Positions 8,831 to 19,414 of a stretch of DNA of 64,000 bases are shown one piece after another (position 1 is the stretch's first letter; each line of letters begins with the position of its first letter). The position numbers and the translations under genes were made by a program. The DNA comes from an uncultured Actinomycetota bacterium (GTDB taxonomy: Bacteria; Actinomycetota; Actinomycetes; JAHEKZ01), in the NCBI GenBank assembly GCA_963726575.1, contig CAVSCR010000007.1:193948-257947 (forward strand), written 5' to 3'. The notes under the pieces were generated by a model that saw only the letters and a program-made list of their open reading frames with translations, searched no databases and was not told where the DNA came from.

Positions 8831-10351
8831 TCATCGCGTCACCGATCCGGTCCCTGCCGATACGCCGGCTGGGGCACTCAGAGCAGCCTGGGCCAACTGC
8901 CGACACAACTCAACCAGTTCGGCCACCTTCCGACCGTCCAACAGGTCGTCGATCGCGGCGGCCGGTACCCGAGGCAACGAGTCCGCCGCGGCCATGAAGG
9001 CGGTCGCGGCTGCGCTGTTGTCTCCGGTACGCAGCAACGACGACCCGAGCAGGAAGTGGGCGTGGCCGGCATAGGGGTCCAGGAAGATGGCGCGCCGCAA
9101 CGCCGCCTGGCCGTTCAGGTCGTCTCCGAGGTTGGTCAACGCGCGGGCGCGCAGCACGTAGGCATCGAGCATCAGCTGATCGGTGTCGGCCCGGTCGGCA
9201 GCAGCCAGCGAGCGCTCGGCCGCGTCGGCATACCGTCCATCGGCCAGCGCACGGCGCGCGGCCTCGTACAGGTCAAGGGCCGACGGCACGGCCTGGTCGA
9301 CCTGCGCCACGGGGGTCATGCTTCGGGCAGGGCGCGTTGTGGGCGTGCTGCCGGTCGGGAGCGGTACCGGCACGGAGGGCGCCACCGGCCGCGCAATGTG
9401 CGGGCCAGTGCGCACGGACAGCCGCGCGGCAGCCGGCTCGCCCGTCCGACGCACCGGCCACAAGCTCTTGCGACGTTCCGCCGCCGACCGGGTCGACGCG
9501 CGCGCGCCCGGTCCGCGGGCGTCCTTGCGATAGACGAAGGCATCGCCCAGCTGCGTCAGGGTGTACTCGTCACTGATCTGCCACAACGTCTCGGCCGGGC
9601 CGACCAAGAGGTAGCCGCCAACGCACAAGGTGCTGTGGAACCGGTGCACCAGGGCCTTCGTCGTTGCGCGGGAGAAGTAGATCGTGACGTTGCGGCACAA
9701 GATGAGATCGACCGAGCCCGGCTCGAACGGCGTCGGCTCGGTGACCAGGTTGTGCAGCTCGAACTCCACGAGGTCGCGCACATCGCTGCGCACCTGCCAC
9801 CACCCGTCGTCACCCACCGCGAACCACGGTTCGAGCGCCCCTTGCCGCGCGAGATCGACGGTGCGCCCGGAGTAGCGCCCCGCGCGTGCGGTGTCGAGGG
9901 CCGCAGCCGACACGTCGGTGCCCAGCACCTTGGCGTCGAACGGTCCGATCCGGGCCATCAGCTCGCGCAACAACATGGCAACCGTGTACGCCTCTTCACC
10001 GGTAGAGCAGCCGGCCGACCAGATGGTGACCGGCCGTCCGCTGAGCTTCGAGCGTGCGACCAGCTCGGGCAGCACGTGATCGCGCAGGGCGAGCATCTGC
10101 GGGACGATCCGGAAGAAGTGCGTCTCCTGGATCGTCACCAGGTCGAGCAGGCGCTGACGCTCAGTGGCGCCGTCGGGCCGCTCGAGTCGAGCCAGGTACG
10201 CCGCGATGTCCACCGAACCCGTGGCCAGCAGCCGATCGCGCACGATCGTGCTCAGACCGGCTCGCCGGCTCTCGTCGAACACCAGGCCGGCCAACCGAGC
10301 CAACGTCGCGGTGACGGCGGCGTAGTCGGCGTCCGACAGGCGGCGGCTCAC
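8831..10351 (-). CDS. cheR: CheR methyltransferase with C-terminal TPR (FrzF/WspC-like architecture)
   Basis: TIQETHFFR, IWSAGCSTGEEAYT, DLILCRNVTIYF; TPR-like LRRAIFLDPYAGHAHFLLG. Confidence 0.93.
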   Translation of the reverse strand: MSRRLSDADYAAVTATLARLAGLVFDESRRAGLSTIVRDRLLATGSVDIAAYLARLERPDGATERQRLLDLVTIQETHFFRIVPQMLALRDHVLPELVARSKLSGRPVTIWSAGCSTGEEAYTVAMLLRELMARIGPFDAKVLGTDVSAAALDTARAGRYSGRTVDLARQGALEPWFAVGDDGWWQVRSDVRDLVEFELHNLVTEPTPFEPGSVDLILCRNVTIYFSRATTKALVHRFHSTLCVGGYLLVGPAETLWQISDEYTLTQLGDAFVYRKDARGPGARASTRSAAERRKSLWPVRRTGEPAAARLSVRTGPHIARPVAPSVPVPLPTGSTPTTRPARSMTPVAQVDQAVPSALDLYEAARRALADGRYADAAERSLAAADRADTDQLMLDAYVLRARALTNLGDDLNGQAALRRAIFLDPYAGHAHFLLGSSLLRTGDNSAAATAFMAAADSLPRVPAAAIDDLLDGRKVAELVELCRQLAQAALSAPAGVSAGTGSVTR

Positions 10352-11631
10352 AGCACTCGCCCCCCGACGGCGGCGGGCGATGTACTGGCCCGGTCGGCGA
10401 CCTCGACGATGGCGGTGACGACAGCAGCAGCGATCGCGGGCAGCGGCAGTTCCCGGTCGACGGCATCCAACTGCGCCGCTGCGGCGGGCATCCCCCAGAC
10501 CACGCTGGTCGACTCGTCCTGTCCCACGGTGAACGACCCGGCGTCACGAAGGGCCCGCAACCCAGCCGCTCCGTCGCGGCCCATTCCGGTGAGGAGCACG
10601 CCGACGCAATCGGCGCCGTTTTGGCGCGCGATGCTGTGAAACGTCACGTCGACGCCGGGCACGTGGTACTGCCCGGCCGGCGGATCCTCCAGCCCGACGC
10701 GCAGCCCGGGTCGTACCACCAGGTTCTGGTTGGCCGGCGCGAGGTACACCTGGCCGGCGCGCAGCCGCTCGCCGTCGACGGCGACCACCACGGGGAGGGC
10801 ACACACGCCATCGAGCCATCGCGCCAGGCCTTCGACGAACCCTTCGGCCATGTGCTGTACGACGACGACGGCAGCGGGGAGGTCAGCGGGGAACTCCGCG
10901 AGGATCGTGGCCAGGGCCGGCGGACCACCGGTCGAGGCTCCGATCGCCACCACCGGAACCGAACGGTTGGCCGGACGCTCACCGTTCGCGAAGTCCTGGG
11001 GGTGGGCGCCGCGTCGCTGAGCGGCCACTCGCAGAGCCGCGTCGCCGCCCGGAGAACCTGGCGTGACTGACCGGTGTCCTGGGTCGGTCGCCGACGGGGG
11101 CGGGTCGTCGGACGATGCTCTGGCGCCACGCACCGGGTCGACGTCACCGGGGCGCTCCAACGACGGTGCGGGGACGCGTCCGCGCAACCGGCCGCGAGGA
11201 TGTGTGATCACGCGGACGCGACTGGCCACCCGGAGGTGACGCAAGACTGTGGCGGCGTACTCCGGACTGCCCGGCGGTACGTCGAGACCACCGATGACGT
11301 CCACGGCGCCGGCGGCGATGGCGGCCTCGGGATGGTCGGCGGCTGCGCCGATGACGACCAGCGGAGTGGCCCTCGTCGCCATGATCCGTTCGATGGCCTC
11401 CAGGCCACCGTTCCAGAGGTCGAGGTCGAGCAACACCGCCTGAGGCGTGTAGTCGCGGACCAGCTGCTCAGCTGACGCGGGGTCCAGAGCACCGCCGACG
11501 ACGATGATGCCGGGCTGGGCCAGCAGTCGTTCCAGCGAGGTGATCCGGGTCTTGGTTCCGGCGACCACGGCCACGGTCAGCGGCCCGGACCCGCTCGGAA
11601 CAGCCAAGGTGCGCGCCTCCCCGTGCTTCAC
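10348..11631 (-). CDS. cheB: CheB methylesterase with degenerate receiver domain
   Basis: Triad motifs GASTGG, VVQHM, LTGMGRDGA; N-terminal receiver-like fold. Confidence 0.93.
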   Translation of the reverse strand: MKHGEARTLAVPSGSGPLTVAVVAGTKTRITSLERLLAQPGIIVVGGALDPASAEQLVRDYTPQAVLLDLDLWNGGLEAIERIMATRATPLVVIGAAADHPEAAIAAGAVDVIGGLDVPPGSPEYAATVLRHLRVASRVRVITHPRGRLRGRVPAPSLERPGDVDPVRGARASSDDPPPSATDPGHRSVTPGSPGGDAALRVAAQRRGAHPQDFANGERPANRSVPVVAIGASTGGPPALATILAEFPADLPAAVVVVQHMAEGFVEGLARWLDGVCALPVVVAVDGERLRAGQVYLAPANQNLVVRPGLRVGLEDPPAGQYHVPGVDVTFHSIARQNGADCVGVLLTGMGRDGAAGLRALRDAGSFTVGQDESTSVVWGMPAAAAQLDAVDRELPLPAIAAAVVTAIVEVADRASTSPAAVGGRVL

Positions 11632-11711
11632 CGAGCAGGAGACGTCTCACGACCCTGCTGACCCCACCGCCGTCAGCAGGAGTTTCGAACAAATCCGGGC
11701 TTACCTTGAGG

Positions 11712-12377
11712 TCAGGTGAGGCTGAACGTGGCCGGTGCGCTGTGCTTGCTGCCCACCCGCCCGGTCACCTGGTAGGTGCCGGGTTGGGCGTCCGGCTGAC
11801 CGGTCGGGCAACCCGGCTGGCTGAACGTCCGGCCCCACGGGACGCTCACCGACAACGGCTGGCCGGGCTGCAGCTGGGAGATGTCGGAGGTGCCGGGCGG
11901 GTTGCAGTCGTCGGAGGACCACACCCGGGTCTGCCCAGACGACACCGTGAGCTCCTCCGCCGCAGAGCCGACGTCGCGCAGACACGTCGTCGACGACGTG
12001 TTGGTCACCGTCAAGGTGAGCATGGGGTCGTGCGCGGGCGGGTACGACTGCGCGTTGGTGGTGACCGCGACCTTGATGTCCGCGTTCGTGCAGTCCGGCG
12101 TTGTCCCGGACGTCGAGCTCGTGGTGGACCCGCTCGGCGTCGTCGTGGCCGTGTGCGACGGAGCCGTCGGCGTCGTCGGCGGTGGGGTCGTGCTGACGGT
12201 CGGCGTGGGCGTCGGAGTGGGTGTGGGCGTGCCCCCGGCCGAAGGCGCGCCCGACGACCGACCCAGGAACAGCCACCACAGCAGCGCGACCACGAGGACC
12301 ATGGCGATCAGCACCAGCACCCGCCGGACCCAGTAGGTGCTCGGCGGCTCCGGCCCAACCGGTTGCAAGAACCCCAC
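11712..12377 (-). CDS. Conserved actinobacterial membrane-anchored protein (Rv3587c-like)
   Basis: PVGPEPPSTYWVRR, TM helix, PT linker, CxRDVG and VWSSDDC; divergent from mutY as in other actinomycetes. Confidence 0.8.
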   Translation of the reverse strand: MGFLQPVGPEPPSTYWVRRVLVLIAMVLVVALLWWLFLGRSSGAPSAGGTPTPTPTPTPTVSTTPPPTTPTAPSHTATTTPSGSTTSSTSGTTPDCTNADIKVAVTTNAQSYPPAHDPMLTLTVTNTSSTTCLRDVGSAAEELTVSSGQTRVWSSDDCNPPGTSDISQLQPGQPLSVSVPWGRTFSQPGCPTGQPDAQPGTYQVTGRVGSKHSAPATFSLT

Positions 12378-12436
12378 GGCCGGAGCCTAGGGCGTGGTCA
12401 GGCTCCGTGGGGCCCGCGTGCGACGATCGGTCGATC

Positions 12437-13306
12437 ATGAAGGGGCCCGACGCCGTCATCTCGTGGTACGACGAGCACGCGCGCGACCTGCCCTGGCGAC
12501 GGCCCGGGACCACGCCCTGGGGCGTGCTGGTCAGCGAGGTCATGCTGCAACAGACGCCGGTGGCCCGTGTCGAACCCGCGTACGAGCTGTGGCTGCGCCG
12601 ATGGCCCACCCCGGCGGCACTGGCTGCGGACACACCCGCAGCGGCCATTCGGGCGTGGGGAAGGCTGGGCTACCCCCGACGCGCGCTGCGCCTTCACGCG
12701 GCCGCGCGCGTCTGCGTCGAGCAGTACGCGGGGGATCTCCCACACGACGTCCGGGAGCTGCGCTCGTTGCCCGGCGTCGGTGAGTACACCGCAGCGGCCG
12801 TCGCCACGTTCGCGTTCGGGGAACGTCAGCCGGTTCTCGACACGAATGTCCGTCGAGTTCATGCGCGGGTCTTCGACGGCGTCGAGTTCCCGCCGGGGCC
12901 GAACATCACAGTGGCGCAGCGGCAGCGAGCTGCTGCCGCCCTGCCCGACGATGCCGCCACGGCAGCGCGGTTCTCGATCGCCGTCATGGAGCTGGGCGCA
13001 TTGGTGTGCACAGCTCGCTCGCCCGCCTGCCAGGCGTGTCCACTGCGCCCAGACTGTGCGTGGTTCGCGGCCGGACGACCGCCTTGGCAGGGGCCGCCGC
13101 GGCACGGCCAGAGCTACGCGGGCACCGATCGGCAGTGCCGGGGCAGTCTGCTCGCCGTGCTGCGCAGCGCGTCGGGACCGGTACCTGAGCGCGCGCTGGA
13201 AGCGGCGTGGCAGGACCAGACGCAGCGGCTACGCGCTCTGGACGGGTTGGTCGCCGACGGCCTCGTCGAACCGCTGAACGGCAGTCGGTACGCCCTGCCG
13301 AGCTGA
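12437..13306 (+). CDS. mutY: A/G-specific adenine glycosylase
   Basis: RDLPWR, VSEVMLQQT, HhH LPGVGEYTA, DTNVRR, 4Fe-4S CTARSPACQACPLRPDC. Confidence 0.95.
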   Translation: MKGPDAVISWYDEHARDLPWRRPGTTPWGVLVSEVMLQQTPVARVEPAYELWLRRWPTPAALAADTPAAAIRAWGRLGYPRRALRLHAAARVCVEQYAGDLPHDVRELRSLPGVGEYTAAAVATFAFGERQPVLDTNVRRVHARVFDGVEFPPGPNITVAQRQRAAAALPDDAATAARFSIAVMELGALVCTARSPACQACPLRPDCAWFAAGRPPWQGPPRHGQSYAGTDRQCRGSLLAVLRSASGPVPERALEAAWQDQTQRLRALDGLVADGLVEPLNGSRYALPS

Positions 13307-13310
13307 CGCG

Positions 13311-15818
13311 CTAGTCGGCTGTTCCGGCCGGCTCGACGGGTGGACTGTCCGGTAGGGGTGACTTCGGCTCACCGACGAACGTGAACGTCGCAGCGTCGCC
13401 CTCGCCGGTCACGTCGACCACGACGATCGAGCCGGACTTGAGCTCGCCGAACAGGATCTTCTCCGACAGCAGGTCTTCGATCTCGCGCTGGATCGTGCGG
13501 CGCAGCGGACGGGCCCCCATGACCGGGTCGTACCCGTGCTTGCCGAGCAGATCACGAGCGGCGGGCGTCAACACGATGCCCATGTCGCGATCGTGCAGGC
13601 GCTCGTCGACCTTGGCGATCATCAGGTCGACGATCTCGGCGATCTCCTCGTGGGAGAGCTGGTGGAACACCACGATGTCGTCGATGCGGTTCAGGAACTC
13701 GGGGCGGAAGTGGTTCTTCAGCTCGTCCTGCACCTTGGACTTCATCCGGTCGTAGCTGGCCGTTCCCTGGTCACCTGCGGAGAACCCGAGGTTCACCGCC
13801 TTGGAGATGTCCCGGGTGCCGAGGTTGGTCGTCATGATGATCACGGTGTTCTTGAAGTCGACCGATCGGCCCTGCGCATCGGTCAGTCGACCGTCCTCCA
13901 ACACCTGGAGCAACGAGTTGAAGATGTCCGGGTGCGCCTTCTCGATCTCGTCGAAGAGCACGACGGAGAACGGGCGCCGCCGCACCTTCTCGGTGAGCTG
14001 TCCGCCCTCCTCGTAGCCGACGTACCCAGGTGGCGAGCCGAACAAGCGGGACACCGTGTGCTTCTCGCCGTACTCGCTCATGTCGAGTGAGATCAGGGCG
14101 TCCTCGGACCCGAACAGGAACTCAGCCAGCGTCTTGGACAGCTCCGTCTTCCCGACGCCAGAGGGGCCGGCGAAGATGAAGGAACCCGACGGCCGCTTGG
14201 GGTCCTTCAGCCCGGCGCGCGTCCGCCGGATCGCCTTGGACAGACCGACGATCGCGTCGTGCTGGCCGATGACGCGCTTGTGCAGCTCGTCCTCCATCGT
14301 CAGCAGCCGCTGGCTCTCTTCTTCGGTGAGCTGGTGCACCGGGATCCCGGTGGCCGTGGCGAGCACCTCGGCGATCAGGTTCTCGTCGACCTCGGCGACC
14401 ACGTCCATGTCGCCGGACTTCCACTCCCGCTCCCGCTGCGACTTCTCGTCGAGCAGGCGCTTCTCCTGGTCGCGCAACGCGGCGGCCTTCTCGAAGTCCT
14501 GAGCGTCGATCGCGGCTTCCTTCTCGCGGCGCACGGTGGCGATGCGTTCGTCGAACTCACGCAGGTCCGGCGGCGCCGTCATGCGGCGGATCCGAAGGCG
14601 AGAGCCTGCCTCGTCGATCAGGTCGATCGCCTTGTCCGGCAGGAACCGGTCAGAGATGTAGCGGTCGGACATGGTCGCTGCTGCGACGAGCGCGCCGTCG
14701 GTGATGGACACCCGGTGGTGGGCCTCGTAGCGGTCACGCAGACCCTTGAGGATCTCGATGGCGTGGGCCAACGACGGCTCCTGCACCTGGATCGGCTGGA
14801 ACCTGCGCTCCAGTGCGGCGTCCTTCTCCAGGTGCTTGCGGTACTCGTCCAACGTGGTGGCGCCGATGGTCTGCAGCTCGCCGCGGGCCAGCATCGGCTT
14901 GAGGATGCTGGCTGCGTCGATCGCGCCCTCGGCCGCGCCGGCACCGACGAGTGTGTGCAGCTCGTCGATGAACAAGATGATGTCGCCGCGGGTGCGGATC
15001 TCCTTCAGGACCTTCTTCAGCCGCTCCTCGAAGTCACCGCGGTAACGACTTCCGGCGACGAGAGCACCGAGGTCGAGGGAGTAGAGCTGCTTGTCCTTGA
15101 GCGTCTCGGGAACCTCGCCGCGCACGATCGCCTGCGCCAGCCCTTCGACACAGGCGGTCTTGCCGACCCCGGGTTCACCGATGAGCACGGGGTTGTTCTT
15201 GGTCCGGCGGGACAGCACCTGCATGACCCGCTCGATCTCCTTCTCGCGACCGATGACGGGATCGAGCTTCCCCTCGCGGGCAGCCTGGGTGTAGTTGCGC
15301 CCGAACTGGTCGAGCACCAGGGACGTCGAGGGAGAACTTTCCGAACCACCCGGAGCACCGGCGGCAGCCGGCTCCTTTCCCTGGTAGCCGGACAGGAGCT
15401 GGATGACCTGCTGGCGGACGCGGTTGAGGTCGGCGCCGAGCTTGACCAGCACCTGCGCGGCGACGCCCTCGCCCTCGCGGATCAGGCCGAGCAGGATGTG
15501 CTCGGTCCCGATGTAGTTGTGACCGAGCTGCAAGGCCTCGCGCAGCGAGAGCTCGAGCACCTTCTTGGCCCGCGGGGTGAAGGGGATGTGCCCCGACGGT
15601 GCCTGCTGGCCCTGGCCGATGATCTCCTCGACCTGCTGGCGCACGGCCTCCAGCGAGATGCCCAGGCTCTCCAACGACTTGGCCGCGACGCCTTCGCCCT
15701 CGTGGATCAGCCCGAGCAGGATGTGCTCGGTCCCGATGTAGTTGTGGTTGAGCATCCGGGCCTCTTCTTGGGCCAGGACGACAACCCGACGCGCTCGGTC
15801 GGTGAACCTCTCGAACAT
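13311..15818 (-). CDS. clpC: ATP-dependent Clp protease ATP-binding subunit
   Basis: [20 protein letters not shown] start; Walker A GEPGVGKT and GPSGVGKT; GSPPGYVGY. Confidence 0.98.
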   Translation of the reverse strand: MFERFTDRARRVVVLAQEEARMLNHNYIGTEHILLGLIHEGEGVAAKSLESLGISLEAVRQQVEEIIGQGQQAPSGHIPFTPRAKKVLELSLREALQLGHNYIGTEHILLGLIREGEGVAAQVLVKLGADLNRVRQQVIQLLSGYQGKEPAAAGAPGGSESSPSTSLVLDQFGRNYTQAAREGKLDPVIGREKEIERVMQVLSRRTKNNPVLIGEPGVGKTACVEGLAQAIVRGEVPETLKDKQLYSLDLGALVAGSRYRGDFEERLKKVLKEIRTRGDIILFIDELHTLVGAGAAEGAIDAASILKPMLARGELQTIGATTLDEYRKHLEKDAALERRFQPIQVQEPSLAHAIEILKGLRDRYEAHHRVSITDGALVAAATMSDRYISDRFLPDKAIDLIDEAGSRLRIRRMTAPPDLREFDERIATVRREKEAAIDAQDFEKAAALRDQEKRLLDEKSQREREWKSGDMDVVAEVDENLIAEVLATATGIPVHQLTEEESQRLLTMEDELHKRVIGQHDAIVGLSKAIRRTRAGLKDPKRPSGSFIFAGPSGVGKTELSKTLAEFLFGSEDALISLDMSEYGEKHTVSRLFGSPPGYVGYEEGGQLTEKVRRRPFSVVLFDEIEKAHPDIFNSLLQVLEDGRLTDAQGRSVDFKNTVIIMTTNLGTRDISKAVNLGFSAGDQGTASYDRMKSKVQDELKNHFRPEFLNRIDDIVVFHQLSHEEIAEIVDLMIAKVDERLHDRDMGIVLTPAARDLLGKHGYDPVMGARPLRRTIQREIEDLLSEKILFGELKSGSIVVVDVTGEGDAATFTFVGEPKSPLPDSPPVEPAGTAD

Positions 15819-16014
15819 CTGCCGCAACTCCCCTTCGGGCGGGCGGATTGCGACTCCAGGGGCGGAGCCGTCACCCGCTTGGCATGCTAACCCCGCACCG
15901 CACGCAATCTCGGCGCGGCCGGGCCTGCATACGCAACCATCGGCCGCCGGACGCCTGTTCCTGACCCCCTGGCTGGGGGGTTCAGCCGCGAGCGAACGAA
16001 GTCCCTGCGGGCGG

Positions 16015-16326
16015 CTAGTGGGCGGCGTCGTACCGGCTGACGACGTCGGCCGGCACCCGGCCACGCTCGTTGACCGCAATTCCCTGGGATCGCGCCCAGG
16101 CCCGGATCTCCCCGGCGCGGCCGCCGCGACCGCCGCGCCGGCGGGCCGCACCCCTGGACCGTCGGGCATGACCCACATACCGGGCCAGGGCATCACGCAG
16201 CGCGGCGGCGTTGGCCGACGACAGGTCGATCTCGTAGCCGGTGCCGTCCAGCGCGAACGCGACGGTCTCGGCCGCCGGAGAGCCGTCGAGGTCGTCGACC
16301 AGCGTGATCTGCACTTTCTGCGCCAT
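16015..16326 (-). CDS. lsr2: Nucleoid-associated protein Lsr2
   Basis: [32 protein letters not shown]-hook; upstream of clpC. Confidence 0.96.
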   Translation of the reverse strand: MAQKVQITLVDDLDGSPAAETVAFALDGTGYEIDLSSANAAALRDALARYVGHARRSRGAARRRGGRGGRAGEIRAWARSQGIAVNERGRVPADVVSRYDAAH

Positions 16327-16513
16327 GCGATGCCTTTCTGTGCCGTGAGGAAAATGAACGTTGCCGGACGATGGAATTCGCCCGGCAATTCCTTGGACCG
16401 ACAATACCGAATTCCGGAAGAAATCGGCTCGAGCCGTCCAATTGCGCCACGCGGGCCGTGCGAGGGCGCACCACACGGGAGGGCGATGGGAGCCAGGCGG
16501 TTAGGCTGCGGAC

Positions 16514-16972
16514 ATGGCGTACCGCATCGCTGCCGTCGACCCGACCATCCCCGAAGCACAAAGTGCCTTGAATGCTTACTTCAACGAGATGGCCGAACGG
16601 GTTGACCTGCGCTTCCTCGGAGAGGACGCCGCTACCGATGCCGACGACGAAGGTGGCTTCTTCCTGGTGGCCCTGGACGAGAAGAGCCGGGTCGTCGGTT
16701 GCGGCGCCCTGCGTCAGCTGGGACCTGAGGTCGGCGAGATCCGGCGCCTGTGGGTGAACCCGGTCATGCGGGGGCGGGGCATCGGCCGTCGGCTGCTCTC
16801 GGCCATCGAGGGGGCTAGCGCGGTGGCCGGCCTGGACACCTTGCGGCTGCACACCCACGAGAACCTGACCGAAGCCATCTTGATGTTCGAGACCAACGGC
16901 TACATGCGGATCGAGCAGTATGACGAGAACGACTTCGCCACCCACTGGTACGAGAAGTCCTTGATCATGTAG
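16514..16972 (+). CDS. GNAT N-acetyltransferase
   Basis: [23 protein letters not shown]. Confidence 0.88.
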   Translation: MAYRIAAVDPTIPEAQSALNAYFNEMAERVDLRFLGEDAATDADDEGGFFLVALDEKSRVVGCGALRQLGPEVGEIRRLWVNPVMRGRGIGRRLLSAIEGASAVAGLDTLRLHTHENLTEAILMFETNGYMRIEQYDENDFATHWYEKSLIM

Positions 16973-16978
16973 AGCGCG

Positions 16979-17479
16979 CTAGAGGACGAGCAGCATGCGG
17001 CTGTTGCCGAGCGTGTTCGGCTTGACCCGTTCCAGCCCCAGGAACTCGGCGACGCCTTCGTCGTAGGACTGCAGCAGCTGTTCGAAGACCTCGTGGGACA
17101 CCGGCGTCCCGTCGATCTCGGCGAAGCCGTGGTGGGCGAAGAACGTCGTCTCGAACGTCAACGTGAAGACCCGTCTCACGCCGACGGAGCGCGCCTGATC
17201 CAAGAGGCGAGTGAGCAGGGCGTGCCCGATCCCGCGACCGCGATGAGCCGGTGCCACGGCCAACGTGCGGACCTCCGCCAGGTCTTCCCAGAGCACGTGC
17301 AGCGCGCCACACCCGATGACGTCGCCGTCGACCTCGGCCACGTAGAACTCCTGCACGTCCTCGTACAACGTGACGGTGGCCTTGCTCAGCAGGATGCGAT
17401 CCTCTGAGTAGACGTCGACCAGATCCCGAATGGCACGCACGTCAGACGTCCGCGCCTCGCGCACCAACGCGGCAGTCAC
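16979..17479 (-). CDS. Short amino-acid N-acetyltransferase (ArgA-like GNAT)
   Basis: LYEDVQEF, GCGALHVLWEDLAEVRTLAV, VFTLTFE, NTLGNSRM; GTG overlaps lysS stop. Confidence 0.9.
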   Translation of the reverse strand: MTAALVREARTSDVRAIRDLVDVYSEDRILLSKATVTLYEDVQEFYVAEVDGDVIGCGALHVLWEDLAEVRTLAVAPAHRGRGIGHALLTRLLDQARSVGVRRVFTLTFETTFFAHHGFAEIDGTPVSHEVFEQLLQSYDEGVAEFLGLERVKPNTLGNSRMLLVL

Positions 17480-18991
17480 TCCGGCTTCACCAGCGGGAAC
17501 AACATCGTGTCGCGGATGCTGAGCCCGGTCAGCGTCATGAGCAGCCGGTCGATGCCCATGCCCTGCCCTCCCGCTGGTGGCATCGCGTACTCGAGGGCTC
17601 GCAGGAAGTCCCGGTCCACCTGCATCGCCTCGGCGTCGCCGCCGGCCGCCAGGAGGCTCTGTGCGTAGAACCGTTCCGCCTGGTCGATCGGGTCGATCAG
17701 CTCCGAATACCCAGTGCCCTGCTCGGCTCCCCAACACACCAGGTCCCACTTCTCGGTCAGCCGCGGATCGTCTCGATGAAGGCGCGTGAGCGGCGCGTTC
17801 TCCTTGGGGAAGTCCTGGTAGAAGACCGGTGTCGTGGTCCGGCTCTCCACCAGTTCCACGTACAGCTCCTCCAAGAGCATTCCCACGCTGGCCGTAGGCG
17901 GTTCGTCCAAGCCGACCTTGTCCGCCAGCGCCCGCAACACCTGGATCGGAGTGTCGAGCCCTACGTCCTCGCCCAGGGCGTCGGACAGCGCGCCGATCAT
18001 CGTGCGCACCGGCCAGTCGCCGGACAGGTCGAACTCCTGCATCGAGCCGTCCGGTTGGACACGGCGAGCCACGGGCGCACCGAAGGCAGCCGTCGCGGCC
18101 TCCTGGATGACGTGCTGCGTCAGCAGCCGGACGGTGTTGTAGTCGCCGTACGCCTCGTAGAGCTCGAGCATCGTGAACTCCGGGTTGTGAGTGGAGTCCG
18201 CGCCCTCGTTGCGGAAGTTCCGGTTGACCTCGAAGACCTTCTCGGCCCCACCCACCAGCAGCCGCTTGAGGTAGAGCTCGGGAGCGATGCGTAGGTACAA
18301 GGGCATGTCATAGGCGTTGATGTGGGTGACGAACGGACGCGCATTGGCACCGCCGTGCAGCACCTGCAAGATCGGCGTCTCCACCTCGACGAAGCCGGCG
18401 TCCTGGAGTGTCTCCCGAACGCTGCGCACAACGGCGCTACGGATGCGCATCAGCTCACGCGCCTCGGGCCGCACGATCAGGTCGACGTAGCGCATGCGGA
18501 CGCGGGCCTCGGGATCGGCCAAACCCTTGTGCTTCTCGGGCAGCGGGCGCAGGCACTTGCTCGTGATGTCGAAATGGTCGCAAAGCACACTGAGCTCACC
18601 GCGACGAGAAGTGATGACCTCCCCTTCGACGCCCACGTGATCGCCGAGGTCGACGTCGGTCTTCCAGCGTTCGAGCAGCTCGGCACCAGTCCCGTCAAGC
18701 GTCAGCATCACCTGTAGGTCGGCCGTGCCGTCGCGCAAAGTGGCAAAGGCGATCTTCCCCGACACCCGGTTGAGCATGACGCGGCCCACCACTCCGACCC
18801 GCTCTGCGGTCCGCGGAGTCGGGCGGCAGGTCGGCGTACTTCAGGTGAAGGTCGGCGTTGGTCGTCGTGCGTGGGAAGCCGAAGGCGTACGGGTTTCGCC
18901 CCTCCTCGATCAGCCGGGCCAACGTGGCGCGCCGGATCTGCATCTGCTCAGACAGGTCGTCTGGAGAAGGGCCGCCGTTCTCGGTCGTCAT
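17476..18991 (-). CDS. lysS: Lysine--tRNA ligase (class II), split by a +1 indel near 18811-18816
   Basis: MTTENGG..EQMQIRR..PPDSA continues as TAERVGVVGRVM after removing one base; YLRIAPELYLKR, FRNEG, HNPEFTM, GIDRL. Confidence 0.95.
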
Positions 18992-19024
18992 GGCGGGCAA
19001 GGCTAACCGAACCGGAGAGCGCGA

Positions 19025-19411
19025 CTAGATCACTGGCGACAACAGTGCCGCCTCGTCGTCTGTGAACAGCCGCGACCGGATGAGGAAGCGATTGCCGGTC
19101 GGTGCCTCCAACGAGAAGCCGGCCCCGCGTCCTGGCACCACGTCGATCGTCAGATGCGTATGAGACCAGTACTCGAACTGGGCCCGCGACATCCACACCG
19201 GCACGGCGGCGCCGTCCCCGACGTCCAGGTCGCCCAGATGCACGTCGGCCGCTCCGACGATGAAGTCGCCGTCGGGGAAGCACATCGGCGAGCTTCCGTC
19301 GCAGCAACCACCGGACTGATGGAACATCAGTGGACCGTGACGGTCCCGAAGACTGCGGATGAGCTCCGCAGCCTTCGGGGTCACCGCCACACGAGCCGGC
19401 GCTTTCGTCAT
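19025..19411 (-). CDS. DUF779 family protein
   Basis: MFHQSGGCCDGSSPMC, GRGAGFSLEAP; usual partner of this aldehyde dehydrogenase family. Confidence 0.92.
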   Translation of the reverse strand: MTKAPARVAVTPKAAELIRSLRDRHGPLMFHQSGGCCDGSSPMCFPDGDFIVGAADVHLGDLDVGDGAAVPVWMSRAQFEYWSHTHLTIDVVPGRGAGFSLEAPTGNRFLIRSRLFTDDEAALLSPVI

Positions 19412-19414
19412 CGC

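Noticed and set aside
12120-12240. Short tandem repeats (also 42600-42690) as a possible array
   Set aside because: They encode Pro/Thr/Gly linkers inside proteins; no repeat-spacer pattern and no cas genes
14259-15890. Long antisense ORFs (also 9056-10639, 35472-36716, 45901-47082, 51431-53236)
   Set aside because: Shadow frames opposite real genes, expected in high-GC DNA; no recognisable motifs
16330-16510. AT-richer lsr2 upstream region with AATT words as a possible sRNA
   Set aside because: Explained by divergent promoters and possible Lsr2 binding; no stable fold evident
15819-16559. 247-aa N-terminal extension of ClpC in the ORF track
   Set aside because: Canonical [11 protein letters not shown] start with RBS at 15818; the extension overlaps lsr2 in another frame
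18790-18830. Programmed ribosomal frameshift in lysS
   Set aside because: No slippery run or stimulatory structure seen; the same +1 defect occurs in unrelated genes
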